A DNA stretch of 64,000 bases from an uncultured Candidatus Saccharibacteria bacterium (GTDB lineage Bacteria; Patescibacteriota; Minisyncoccia; Phycocordibacterales; UBA2100), in the NCBI GenBank assembly GCA_964654205.1, contig CAZZHR010000002.1, positions 65,800-129,799 of the forward strand, read 5' to 3'. Made by a program: the position numbers and the translations under genes. Below are positions 9,152 to 17,900 of the stretch, in pieces (positions within the stretch are counted from its first letter, which is position 1; every line of letters starts with the position of its first letter). The notes under the pieces are model-generated. The model was not told the DNA's origin. It made no database searches and saw only the letters and a program-made list of their open reading frames with translations.

Positions 9152-9598
9152 TTAGAGTTGATAGTTTTTAGTTGATAAGGGTGTACGCAACTTCCCGATA
9201 ATCGCCGTAAGCATTCGCTGTACTTCGTCGAGCAATTCGATGGATTTGGAGAAATCTATACTGGGAAAGAGCCGTTGCGCCGCGAGAAGCTGTGTTTCCA
9301 GCTCCGCGGCTGAACCAGCCGAGACGCATAAGAATTGCGCGTAATCCTTCCTTGTCCCCCTCTTTGTACCCTCGGCTATGTTTGAGGGGATTGATATTGC
9401 GGCGCGCCGCATCTGGCTCATCAGACCAAACTGCTCCGACTGTGGGAGTTTCGCGGTATCGCGGTACATCGTTTCGACAAGACTCATAGCCCTCTGCCAC
9501 ACGACCAAATCCTTGAAAGACCGCACAGGGGTAGGTGCGAGGTTAGAGTTTTTAGTTTTTAGGTTTGAGCTGTGTGTCGTTTTCATATTTCTTTTCAC
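9152..9598 (-). CDS. Four-helix-bundle protein (23S rRNA intervening-sequence protein family, TIGR02436-like)
   Basis: FKDLVVWQRAMSLV...FGLMSQMRRAAISIPSNIAEG matches the conserved core of this family. Confidence 0.65.
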   Translation of the reverse strand: MKRNMKTTHSSNLKTKNSNLAPTPVRSFKDLVVWQRAMSLVETMYRDTAKLPQSEQFGLMSQMRRAAISIPSNIAEGTKRGTRKDYAQFLCVSAGSAAELETQLLAAQRLFPSIDFSKSIELLDEVQRMLTAIIGKLRTPLSTKNYQL

Positions 9599-9611
9599 TA
9601 AAACCTCTAAC

Positions 9612-10112
9612 CTATAAACTCATCACTACCTTCCCAATAATGTCGACTTGTTGAACTGCTCCGAAGACGCGCCCATCGCTGCTCTTGCTGCGATTGTCAC
9701 CGAGCACAAGGTAATCTTCTGGCCCGAGTTGCATACGAAATGCTCCATTGTTCGTCCCGCCTATCATGCTTCCCGTCTCGTACCTCGTACTCTTTCCTTC
9801 GCTATCAGTGACCGTCACTCCATCTTCGCCAAGCTCTACAAGCTCACCGGGCAAGCCAATCACCCGTTTCACTTCAATCACCTCTTTCTGGTGCGGATTG
9901 CGATGCACGAGTATGTCGCCACGGCTAATGTGGAATCGGTGAGTCACCTTTTCGACGATAACAACGTCGTTCGCAGAAAACGTCGGCTCCATCGAGCCGC
10001 CAGAGACCACGTACGGACGGAAAATGAAAACCGAAGACAGCAGCGCGAGCGCAATGACAGTCGCAATCGTCTCTTTGTGCGTTCGTATCGTTGTGTGCAA
10101 TTGGTACGTCAT
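9612..10112 (-). CDS. lepB: Signal peptidase I
   Basis: N-terminal TM, catalytic-Ser box GGSMEPT and the VLGDNRSKSSDGR box. Start lies 3 nt after the stop of the giant upstream gene. Confidence 0.8.
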   Translation of the reverse strand: MTYQLHTTIRTHKETIATVIALALLSSVFIFRPYVVSGGSMEPTFSANDVVIVEKVTHRFHISRGDILVHRNPHQKEVIEVKRVIGLPGELVELGEDGVTVTDSEGKSTRYETGSMIGGTNNGAFRMQLGPEDYLVLGDNRSKSSDGRVFGAVQQVDIIGKVVMSL

Positions 10113-10114
10113 AT

Positions 10115-13100
10115 CTAAATTTCCATCCCGAGCATGAGCGCGAGGGCTTGGACGAAGCTGTTTGATGTGGCGGCAGGGGCGGCAGAATATTTGAACGGCT
10201 GCTCCGCGAACGCGGCGTAGACCATTGTGTCGCCGCTCGTGTTGAGGAAGGTGGTTCTTAACTTGAAACCATTGGCTAGAGAATCAATGACGTCTGCGGG
10301 TGCCGACTCTTGAGACGAACCATCGGCGCCCAAAACGCCACTTATTGGATTGTAGGTGTTCCTTGTTGTATCCAACATCCACCAACTACCCGTCGTTCCA
10401 ACCGCGGGCTTAAGCATGACAAACCGCGGCTTGAAGCCGGTGTAGACGAACGGACCGTCGGTCGAGCCATTGCCGGTGTAGGAGCCAAATGCCGACATGC
10501 CGGTCGTGGAGGCAAAGAGGTACGCCGCGTACTCGCTCCCGCCACCTACGCCGCCCGGTGTGCTCGAGGAATCGGTGAGTGCGCCGTTCTCCGTAAATGC
10601 TCCGCCTCGCCCCCTGTTGATGTGCCAATTGTCGCTCGTTCCAGAGAAGTACACATCGGGGACGAGTGTGGAACCGACCCCGATGACGGGCACGGGTTCG
10701 CCATTCGCGTCGATGAAGAAGCGCCTATTGGCTTCGACCGAGAGGTCCAGGCTCGTCCCGAACTTTATCCAAAGGTCTTTGATGTCTCCCGTGAGCTTGA
10801 AGCCCGCGTCCGGTTCCGCCCCCACCGCGAAGTTGCCTCTCGTCCAGTCGATCGTGTCGTTGGTAAGCGTGGAGCCGCCCGAATTGAAGTCGCTCACATC
10901 GTTGCGGTAGACCCAGGCGGAGCCGGTGTTTAGGTCGACCGAGAAGAGGTAGTGCACCCAGCCACTCGAGGCGAGCGTCTGCGTCGAGGAGTTCAGGATC
11001 ATGTCGAAGTTGTTGGACGCGTCGAGCCCCACGACCTGGATCACCTGCGTACCCGCCGTGCGTACGATGTAGAAGCCCGTGCCGAGGTCTCCCGTCGCTG
11101 CGATCGTCTGGTTGGTGCTATCTGCGCCCGTAATGTTGACCCAAAAAGAGACAGTTAACCGTTTGCCGTCCACGACGTCTGTGAGGTTTGCACCGCGCGT
11201 GAGGTAATCGTTGGTACCGTCGAAATGCGCGGCGCCGCCTTTGTTCACATCGGCATTCGTCCCCACGGTGAAGGCGCTTGCGGTAGGCGCGGTGTCGTTC
11301 CAGTAGGTCGCGTCGTCGGCAGTCGCAGCTGTGCTGTTGAGCAATAGATAGTCAGTCGCCGGTGCAGATGTATTGGACGAGTGATAGACCGCCCAATCGC
11401 CGGAGCCCGAAGCTTGTGTGTACGAGCGGAGCATCGCGCTCCCCTGATCGGCGATCGCCACGCTTGTGGCAGAGAGCGCCGCAACCGCGGGGTTCGGAGT
11501 CGTGCCGTCGACGATACCGCTCCCGTCGGCCACCTCTCTCCAATCGGTACCGTCGAAGGCGTACACACGGAGCTCGTTGGTCGTTGAGTCCACGAATGCC
11601 ACTCTGTTGCGGCCCAGCGCCGCCATGCCCGTCGAGCCTCCACTCGATTCGATTGTGAGAGAATTGCCCACCTGAGACCAATTCGTGCCGTCGAAATCAT
11701 ACGCGCGCAGCTGCTTTGTCCCCGAGTAGTCGTAGAGGGCTACGCGCGAAGCCGAGAGCGCCGCGAGGGAAGGGAGTGTGATGCCGCTGATGTTGAGCTC
11801 GTTCCCAGTCAGAGTCCAGTTGGTGCCGTCGAAATCATACGCGCGCAAGTCGTCGTTGGTGCCGTCGATAAAGGCTATGCGGTCGGACAGGAGCCCCGCA
11901 AGCGCGGGAGATCCCACGCCCGAGATGTTGAGCTCGTTGCCGGTCAGCGACCATGTAGAGCCGTTGAAATCGTATGCGCGCAAGTCGTCATTCCCGCTGT
12001 CAATAAATGCGACACGGCTCGAAAGCATAGTTGCGAGCGAGGGCGACCCTATACCCGAGATGCTGAGTCCGCTTCCTGTGAGAGACCAATTCGACGAGCT
12101 CAGGTCGTATGCGCGCAAAGACGCATTCCCGAAATCAACATATGCCACCCTCGTCGCGGAGAGCGCGGCAAGCGCGGGAGTATTGATACCGCTTATCGTG
12201 AGGCTGTTGCTCGTCTGTGCCCAGTCTCCGCGCACCTCTTTCACGAGCATGAAGTCCGGCGCTTTACCGAGCGAATGGCTCACCGTCCTGCTCTTACCCG
12301 TCCCCTTGTACGAGACGATGTCGAACCCGGCCTCCGCCGTCTCTTTCCAGAGCCATGAGATGTAGTTCTTGCCGCTCGTGTTGACGTTGGCCGAGCTCGC
12401 GCCGGAGCCGAGGCTGAAGCCGTTGTCGTCGTACGACGTGAGCGATTCCGTGTCGTCGACATCTTCACCGGCGGTCAGATTGGAGCTGAGCCACGCCTGC
12501 ACCCCGCGCAGAGCATCGAAGAGCGCATGGTTGGTCGAAGCGTCGGTACGGTTCTTTATCCACACGAGGTCGGGGCTAAAGCCGGTAACCGTTGTGCTTG
12601 TACCCGTCTGGTAGACAGACTTTGCCGCACCCGTGCCTGCGTACGCGATCGCATCAAAATAATTCTTCGGCACCACCACATCCGGCTCGGGCAAGTTGGC
12701 GGTCGAGAGTGCTTTGAAGCCAGAGGGCGGTTCGTATCTGAAATATCCCCCCGCCGCCGAGTAGTGCGTCGTCGTAGTTGTCCCTGGCTGACCAAAGTTT
12801 ATTGAAGCGCTTGCACCCGTGTAGACGGCGAGTGATGGAAATACAGGGTCAGCTCCGCTGAGTGTGGCGGCAGCTCCTGTGCCTCCTACTGGGTCACCAC
12901 TGTTCTGCCATGTCCCGTTTTTTGAGAAGTAAATCTTCTTGTTATCCAAATCAAGCGCTACACCGACGACATCGTTCGTTGTAAACGTATTGCCGTACGC
13001 GGCATTGGTCCCTCCGTTGTACGTCGTACCATCATGCCCGTAGTAGCTGATGCCCCCATTAGCAGACGAGCCGCCGGGAAATGCGCCGAGTGTCATCGGA

Positions 13101-14242
13101 GTGAACGCTGTGGAAGTTGCAACCCCGACGAGATAAAAATTACTGCCACTACTCTGTGCACCAGCTGTCACTTCCCAATACCATTTACCACTCGTGACAC
13201 CAATAATTGAGAGTGCCGTAAGAAAATTCCCAGCACTATGAGTCATACTCAAGTTGCCTTGAGAAAGAGTCAGCGAAGAGTTTTTGTAAATCGAGTTAAG
13301 TGTCGCAAACGCGTTCGTCGGGGTGTCGATGACTTGGTCGGTTGCGTCGAGGTTGTTGGCGGTCCAGTTGTTGCCGTTGCCGGATGTGTCGGTGCCAAGC
13401 GCCGCACTGTTGCCAAAGGCGAGCTTGAAGCCATTTGTCCCATACGTGCCCGTGTACGACTTCGGCCGCCAGTATCCATTGGCGTCGTACTCGCCGAAAG
13501 AGGTGGGCGTGAGCGCCTGCCCGTCGACAAAATGTAGGTCGGAGAGGTAGACATCAATCGAGCAACATGCACCCCCTTGTTGCTGACCGATACGATTGTT
13601 CGCATTGGCGAGCGCGAATTGGTACTCAGCGTTTTGTGCGGGATAATTCGCAGCGTCAAACGCCGTAATCTGCATCCCATCGATGTACATCTTCACTCTA
13701 TTCGCTGCAGTCGCATCTGTCGTGTCCCACACAACTACGACATGCATCCATTTTGATGGATCGCGAAAAAGTGCCGAGCTGCGAAGTTCGGCGGAAGTAG
13801 CCCCGCCGAAGGCGAAACTCAGGTTGTCCGCTGCAGCGCCGCCCGCCCCGAATTCAAGCCACGAAGAATTGCTCGACGAACCATCGTAGCCGGCAACTAT
13901 CGTTTGTCTCGTCCCCAAATTCCCCCTTTTTATCCACGTAGATATCGTTCCCTTCTTACGGTCAGCGGGTGCACCGGAGAATGTCTTGCTTAGGTTTGCA
14001 CTGTCATCGTCGTTGAAGCGAGCGCTGTTCGCGATCGTGTACGCCGCCTCCGCCTGCGGGAGTGTGAGAAGCGCAAACTGCGCGCCAAACCACGCCAGCG
14101 CGACAATCGCCGCCACAACCACCCGCCACCTCCACAGCCCGTTCAAAGCGTTCAAGGAGGCGTGCAAGGGGCGCCCTTGCACATGTGCAAGGGCGCCCCT
14201 TGCGCCGGAGATTTTGAGAAACTTGGTGAAGAGATTACTCAT
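10115..14242 (-). CDS. Giant secreted/surface protein (1375 aa): LamG/ConA-like, SPRY, seven ~40-aa tandem repeats, a second LamG-like domain
   Basis: SPRY signature GKWYWEV...VGVA...DVVGVALDLDNKKIYFSKNG. Seven repeats of I(S/T)G(I/V)G(S/T)P(S/A)LA..LS.R(V/I)AF(I/V)D.GN..LRAYDF(N/D)G(S/T)NW(S/T)LTGN.L. N-terminal TM. A likely alternative start is the GTG at 14122, preceded by GGAGG. Confidence 0.8.
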   Translation of the reverse strand: MSNLFTKFLKISGARGALAHVQGRPLHASLNALNGLWRWRVVVAAIVALAWFGAQFALLTLPQAEAAYTIANSARFNDDDSANLSKTFSGAPADRKKGTISTWIKRGNLGTRQTIVAGYDGSSSNSSWLEFGAGGAAADNLSFAFGGATSAELRSSALFRDPSKWMHVVVVWDTTDATAANRVKMYIDGMQITAFDAANYPAQNAEYQFALANANNRIGQQQGGACCSIDVYLSDLHFVDGQALTPTSFGEYDANGYWRPKSYTGTYGTNGFKLAFGNSAALGTDTSGNGNNWTANNLDATDQVIDTPTNAFATLNSIYKNSSLTLSQGNLSMTHSAGNFLTALSIIGVTSGKWYWEVTAGAQSSGSNFYLVGVATSTAFTPMTLGAFPGGSSANGGISYYGHDGTTYNGGTNAAYGNTFTTNDVVGVALDLDNKKIYFSKNGTWQNSGDPVGGTGAAATLSGADPVFPSLAVYTGASASINFGQPGTTTTTHYSAAGGYFRYEPPSGFKALSTANLPEPDVVVPKNYFDAIAYAGTGAAKSVYQTGTSTTVTGFSPDLVWIKNRTDASTNHALFDALRGVQAWLSSNLTAGEDVDDTESLTSYDDNGFSLGSGASSANVNTSGKNYISWLWKETAEAGFDIVSYKGTGKSRTVSHSLGKAPDFMLVKEVRGDWAQTSNSLTISGINTPALAALSATRVAYVDFGNASLRAYDLSSSNWSLTGSGLSISGIGSPSLATMLSSRVAFIDSGNDDLRAYDFNGSTWSLTGNELNISGVGSPALAGLLSDRIAFIDGTNDDLRAYDFDGTNWTLTGNELNISGITLPSLAALSASRVALYDYSGTKQLRAYDFDGTNWSQVGNSLTIESSGGSTGMAALGRNRVAFVDSTTNELRVYAFDGTDWREVADGSGIVDGTTPNPAVAALSATSVAIADQGSAMLRSYTQASGSGDWAVYHSSNTSAPATDYLLLNSTAATADDATYWNDTAPTASAFTVGTNADVNKGGAAHFDGTNDYLTRGANLTDVVDGKRLTVSFWVNITGADSTNQTIAATGDLGTGFYIVRTAGTQVIQVVGLDASNNFDMILNSSTQTLASSGWVHYLFSVDLNTGSAWVYRNDVSDFNSGGSTLTNDTIDWTRGNFAVGAEPDAGFKLTGDIKDLWIKFGTSLDLSVEANRRFFIDANGEPVPVIGVGSTLVPDVYFSGTSDNWHINRGRGGAFTENGALTDSSSTPGGVGGGSEYAAYLFASTTGMSAFGSYTGNGSTDGPFVYTGFKPRFVMLKPAVGTTGSWWMLDTTRNTYNPISGVLGADGSSQESAPADVIDSLANGFKLRTTFLNTSGDTMVYAAFAEQPFKYSAAPAATSNSFVQALALMLGMEI
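14162..14205. repeat. Two abutting copies of a 21-nt GC-rich near-palindromic REP-like element (GTGCAAGGGGCGCCCTTGCAC / GTGCAAGGGCGCCCCTTGCgC)
   Basis: Read directly from the sequence. A third copy lies at 14733-14753, inside the adjacent RAYT gene. Confidence 0.75.
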
Positions 14243-14901
14243 ACTTCGTCGAGCATTAATTCTCGGACTGTCGATTTCCGTGCGACGATGTCGTCGAAAG
14301 CGTCTTCAACGAAACGCTGGTACTCGCGCGCACTCTTGAAGTGCTCAAGGATTGTTGCCGTATCACACAATCCCCCGGTATCTGGCGAGAGGTACTCGGC
14401 ATAGCTACTATGCGGCCACTTTCGAGCGTCTCGCACAAGCTTCGCCACTTGGGGATTCACATGAATATAGGCCGAGAGGTGTTTGAGTTGCGTATCGTCT
14501 ACCACATGCACGGCCTTGATGCGATCCTGAAATACATGTCCCACATGATCGTACTTGCGATTGAAGTACATCGAGTAGCTCGTCAGTAGTTTCAGAAAAA
14601 GTTTACTAATCGATACATCTTTGTTCTGTCGTATGAGAAAATGGAAATGATTAGGCATAAGACAGTACACAGCAATCGAGAATGCATCTCTTTCGAATGG
14701 CTCGATGCGAATCTGGACGCGCTTCCCGCCGGTGTGCAAGGGCGCCCCTTGCACATCGCGACCGAGAGAGCGCATAAGTCGGTCTAGGAAAACTCGTGCA
14801 TCCTCATCATCTCGAAGGATGTCCATCTTGCCATTGCCGCGGCTGAAGAGGTGGTACCACTCTCCTGTCGAGAACTCTTTGTAGTCGCGTGAATTTGTCA
14901 T
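14239..14901 (-). CDS. REP-associated tyrosine transposase (RAYT; IS200/IS605-like Y1 HUH transposase, COG1943)
   Basis: GEWYHLFSRGNGK, HUH motif YCLMPNHFHFLI, KLLTSYSMYFNRKY, and catalytic-Tyr region WPHSSYAEY. Contains an in-frame REP copy. Confidence 0.75.
   Translation of the reverse strand: MTNSRDYKEFSTGEWYHLFSRGNGKMDILRDDEDARVFLDRLMRSLGRDVQGAPLHTGGKRVQIRIEPFERDAFSIAVYCLMPNHFHFLIRQNKDVSISKLFLKLLTSYSMYFNRKYDHVGHVFQDRIKAVHVVDDTQLKHLSAYIHVNPQVAKLVRDARKWPHSSYAEYLSPDTGGLCDTATILEHFKSAREYQRFVEDAFDDIVARKSTVRELMLDEV
14733..14753. repeat. REP-like 21-nt palindrome GTGCAAGGGCGCCCCTTGCAC inside the RAYT coding sequence
   Basis: Identical to the units at 14162-14205. Encodes DVQGAPLHT in the RAYT frame. 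Confidence 0.75.
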
Positions 14902-14911
14902 ACTCGATTAG

Positions 14912-17900
14912 TCATCTAAAGCCCGTGGCAGCCGCGCCGAATACGACGAGCGAGCTGGTCGCATTGGTCGCGACAAATGAGACGAGGTCACATTGGTTGG
15001 CCGTCGTGGTGAGTGTCGGTGCGCTTCCACCCTGCCAGCGCACGACCGCTGGCCAGGTCAGTGTGCGGCTTCCCGTGCCGTCTTGGCACACCACGAGACG
15101 GAGGATTTGCCCCGCGATGAAATTGGAGAATGTAATCGTGCGGTTGCCGCCGAGTGTCACCTTCTGCTGGTTGCCTTCAAGCCAGTTGATAGCCACGGTC
15201 GCGCCGTCGGAGAGACTCCTTTCCACCGTGGTGATAGCGCCACCCGCACCCACCGCAAATTTCGCAAACGGCGTCGATGTACCCACACCCACGTTGCCGT
15301 TGGCGTTGATGACAAAGAGGGACTGCGCTGTGGTGGAAGCGACCTGTATGAAGTTGGTCGAGCTATCCTGCGTCTCTATCGTGAGCTTGGCCGCAGGGGT
15401 CGTGGTGCCGATTCCTGCCGCTGTCTCTACATAGAGCTTGCCCGCTCCAGTCGGCGACGTGGGGCAGCCGGATGCGCAGACAAGGAGGTTGTCGTCGGAG
15501 AGCAGAATGTTTTTGTTGGACGTGTGTATCGTAAGGTCGCCAGTCGAGTCCACTTGGAGCGAGGCGACCGTGGAATCATTGTACGAAATCGCTACCTGAG
15601 GATTCGCCGCTGCAGCCGTCACCGAGAACTTGCGGTACGGCGATGTGGTGCCGACACCGAAGAATCCGGCACTCGTGGCGCGCATCACCTCGGTGAGCGC
15701 GCCACTTTGCAGTGTCGAGAACACGAGGTCGCCCTTCCCGAGCCCGCCGAAGTTCTGTTGCAAGATGCTCGTGATTGCAGAAGTCGTCGTACCCGTGCCG
15801 GTGACATCGAGCGCGCGGAATGAGAGCCGCGATGCGGTCGATGTCGCGCTCGCCGCATTGGTGAGGTAGAGCTGGTCGGCGGTCGCGCCGGAAGATGTGT
15901 TGTAGACATCGAGCTTCGTGCCCGGCGTCGTCGTACCGATGCCGACATTGCCCGTGCTGGTGATGCGCATTCGCTCTTGGCTCGACTCATATCCACCAGT
16001 CCTAAACTGAATACTGTCGGAGCCGCCTGATGCAACATTCCCGTTGGTAAAGAGCACCAGACTAGTATTCGAACCGAAACTCGTGTTTCCGCCGAGACCG
16101 TATCCGACACCAGACCCGTACGCACGGAAGTAGCCTGTCGCAGTATCGCTATGTACAGTGTATGTGCTCTGACCATTGCTATTTGCATTCGTCACCGTGA
16201 CCCCGTCGACGCTCGCTACATTGCTGTACACAGTGAGTTTTGTAGACGGAGTCGTCGTCCCTACCCCCACGTTGCCGGTGTTTGTCACCGCAAAGAGCGA
16301 GCTCGTCGCGCTCGCGGTCGAGCTCGCTATCTCGAAGAGCATCGTATTGGTCTCGCCCGACAGTGCGTGCACTGAGAGCTTAGCCCACGGCGACGACGTG
16401 CCGATACCGAAGCGCGCATTGACCGTATCCCACGTGAGCGTACTCGACGCCGCCATCACGCCGCCGTAGTTGAATTGTATGTTGCCGTTGCCGCCTGCCG
16501 GAGCCGAGCCGCCGGATGCGAGGAGGGAGCCGGAGAAGTATGTGTAGACTGCCGAACCATCGACAGCTGTACCCGTTGAAAGCACCGCTGCTTCGAGATA
16601 GTCGGATGTTCCATTCATGTCGACAATGGTGGTTACTTGCGCCGCATCTGCACCACCCGATCGATAGGGACCGTTTGCTATCGCGACACCGTTCTTACGG
16701 ACAGCTGCCTGACAGTTGTTTGTGGTATTTGTACATCCAACAGACGCGACAACGATATACTTGCCGGCTACCGTAGGTGTGAAGCGGTTGGTCGTTAGGT
16801 CAAAATTGTTGTTGGTATCGTAAGTTTCAGTCGTCCAATCGACCACAAGTACCGTATCGCTCACAGTGGTTGTCGCCGACCCATTGCGATGCACATGGAA
16901 CGCTACCGTAGAAGAAGCGGTTCCAACCGTGCGGTTCGTGTAGACCTTGACCGCGAATCCGCCTGCGCCGCCTGCGCCGCCTGCGCCTCCAGTGCCCGCA
17001 TTTCCAGCGCTACCCCCGGAGCCAACGGTGAAATAGAAAGTCCCCGTCGGACTGCCTACAAGCTCGTACGCGTATCCTCCGCCTCCACCTCCGCCTCCAC
17101 TCCATACGTTGTTGAGATCATTGATTCCGCCGCCAGCCCCTCCTCCTCCGAACGCGTTGCCTGCGCCGCCTGCTGCCGTAGTACCCGCTCCGCCACCCCC
17201 ACCGCGGGCACCATTGCCCCCCGCTCCTCCCACTGCGTACAGATCTTGCGTCTCCCCACCATCCGCATCAATACCAAGCGTGAGTCCGCCTGCACCACCA
17301 ACGAGATTTACTTCGCCACCGGAGCCAGAACCGCCAGATGCCGCAGGCCCATTGGAGCCAGACCCACCGCCTCCGCCCGTCGCACTTAAGTGCGGAGAGG
17401 AGCATGCGACAGAATTGCTTCCGAAGCATGTCGTACCTCCTACGCCACCATTGCCGCCGTTGCCTCCACCGCCACCCCCTCCACCGCCGCCCCAAACCTC
17501 CACTTCTATATATGACGTATCGCTCGGGAGCGTGAGCGTGCCACCGGAGAAGCTCGGTGCGCTGCCGGGGTCTCCGGTGAAGACCACCGACGAGGTTCCC
17601 ACAGTGGAAGTCGCGTATGTTCCTATGAGCGTGTTGCCACCACCTCCGCCTCCACTCGAGCCGCTCCCCGTCCCCGCACACTGTCCGCTCGGGAGCAGGA
17701 AGCAGCCGCTCGTGAGTTGGACGCCACCCGCAAAGGTGGATGTTGCCGAGCCGGTGATATTGAGGAGTGTTGATTGAATGCCGCCAGAGAATGTTGTGGT
17801 GGAAGGCGACCCAAACGTCGCTGCGCCGGTGGATGCCGAGAACGAGAGCGCGGCTACCGTAGAAGTCGACGAGTGCGTCGAGGTGGCGAGGTAGAAGGTG

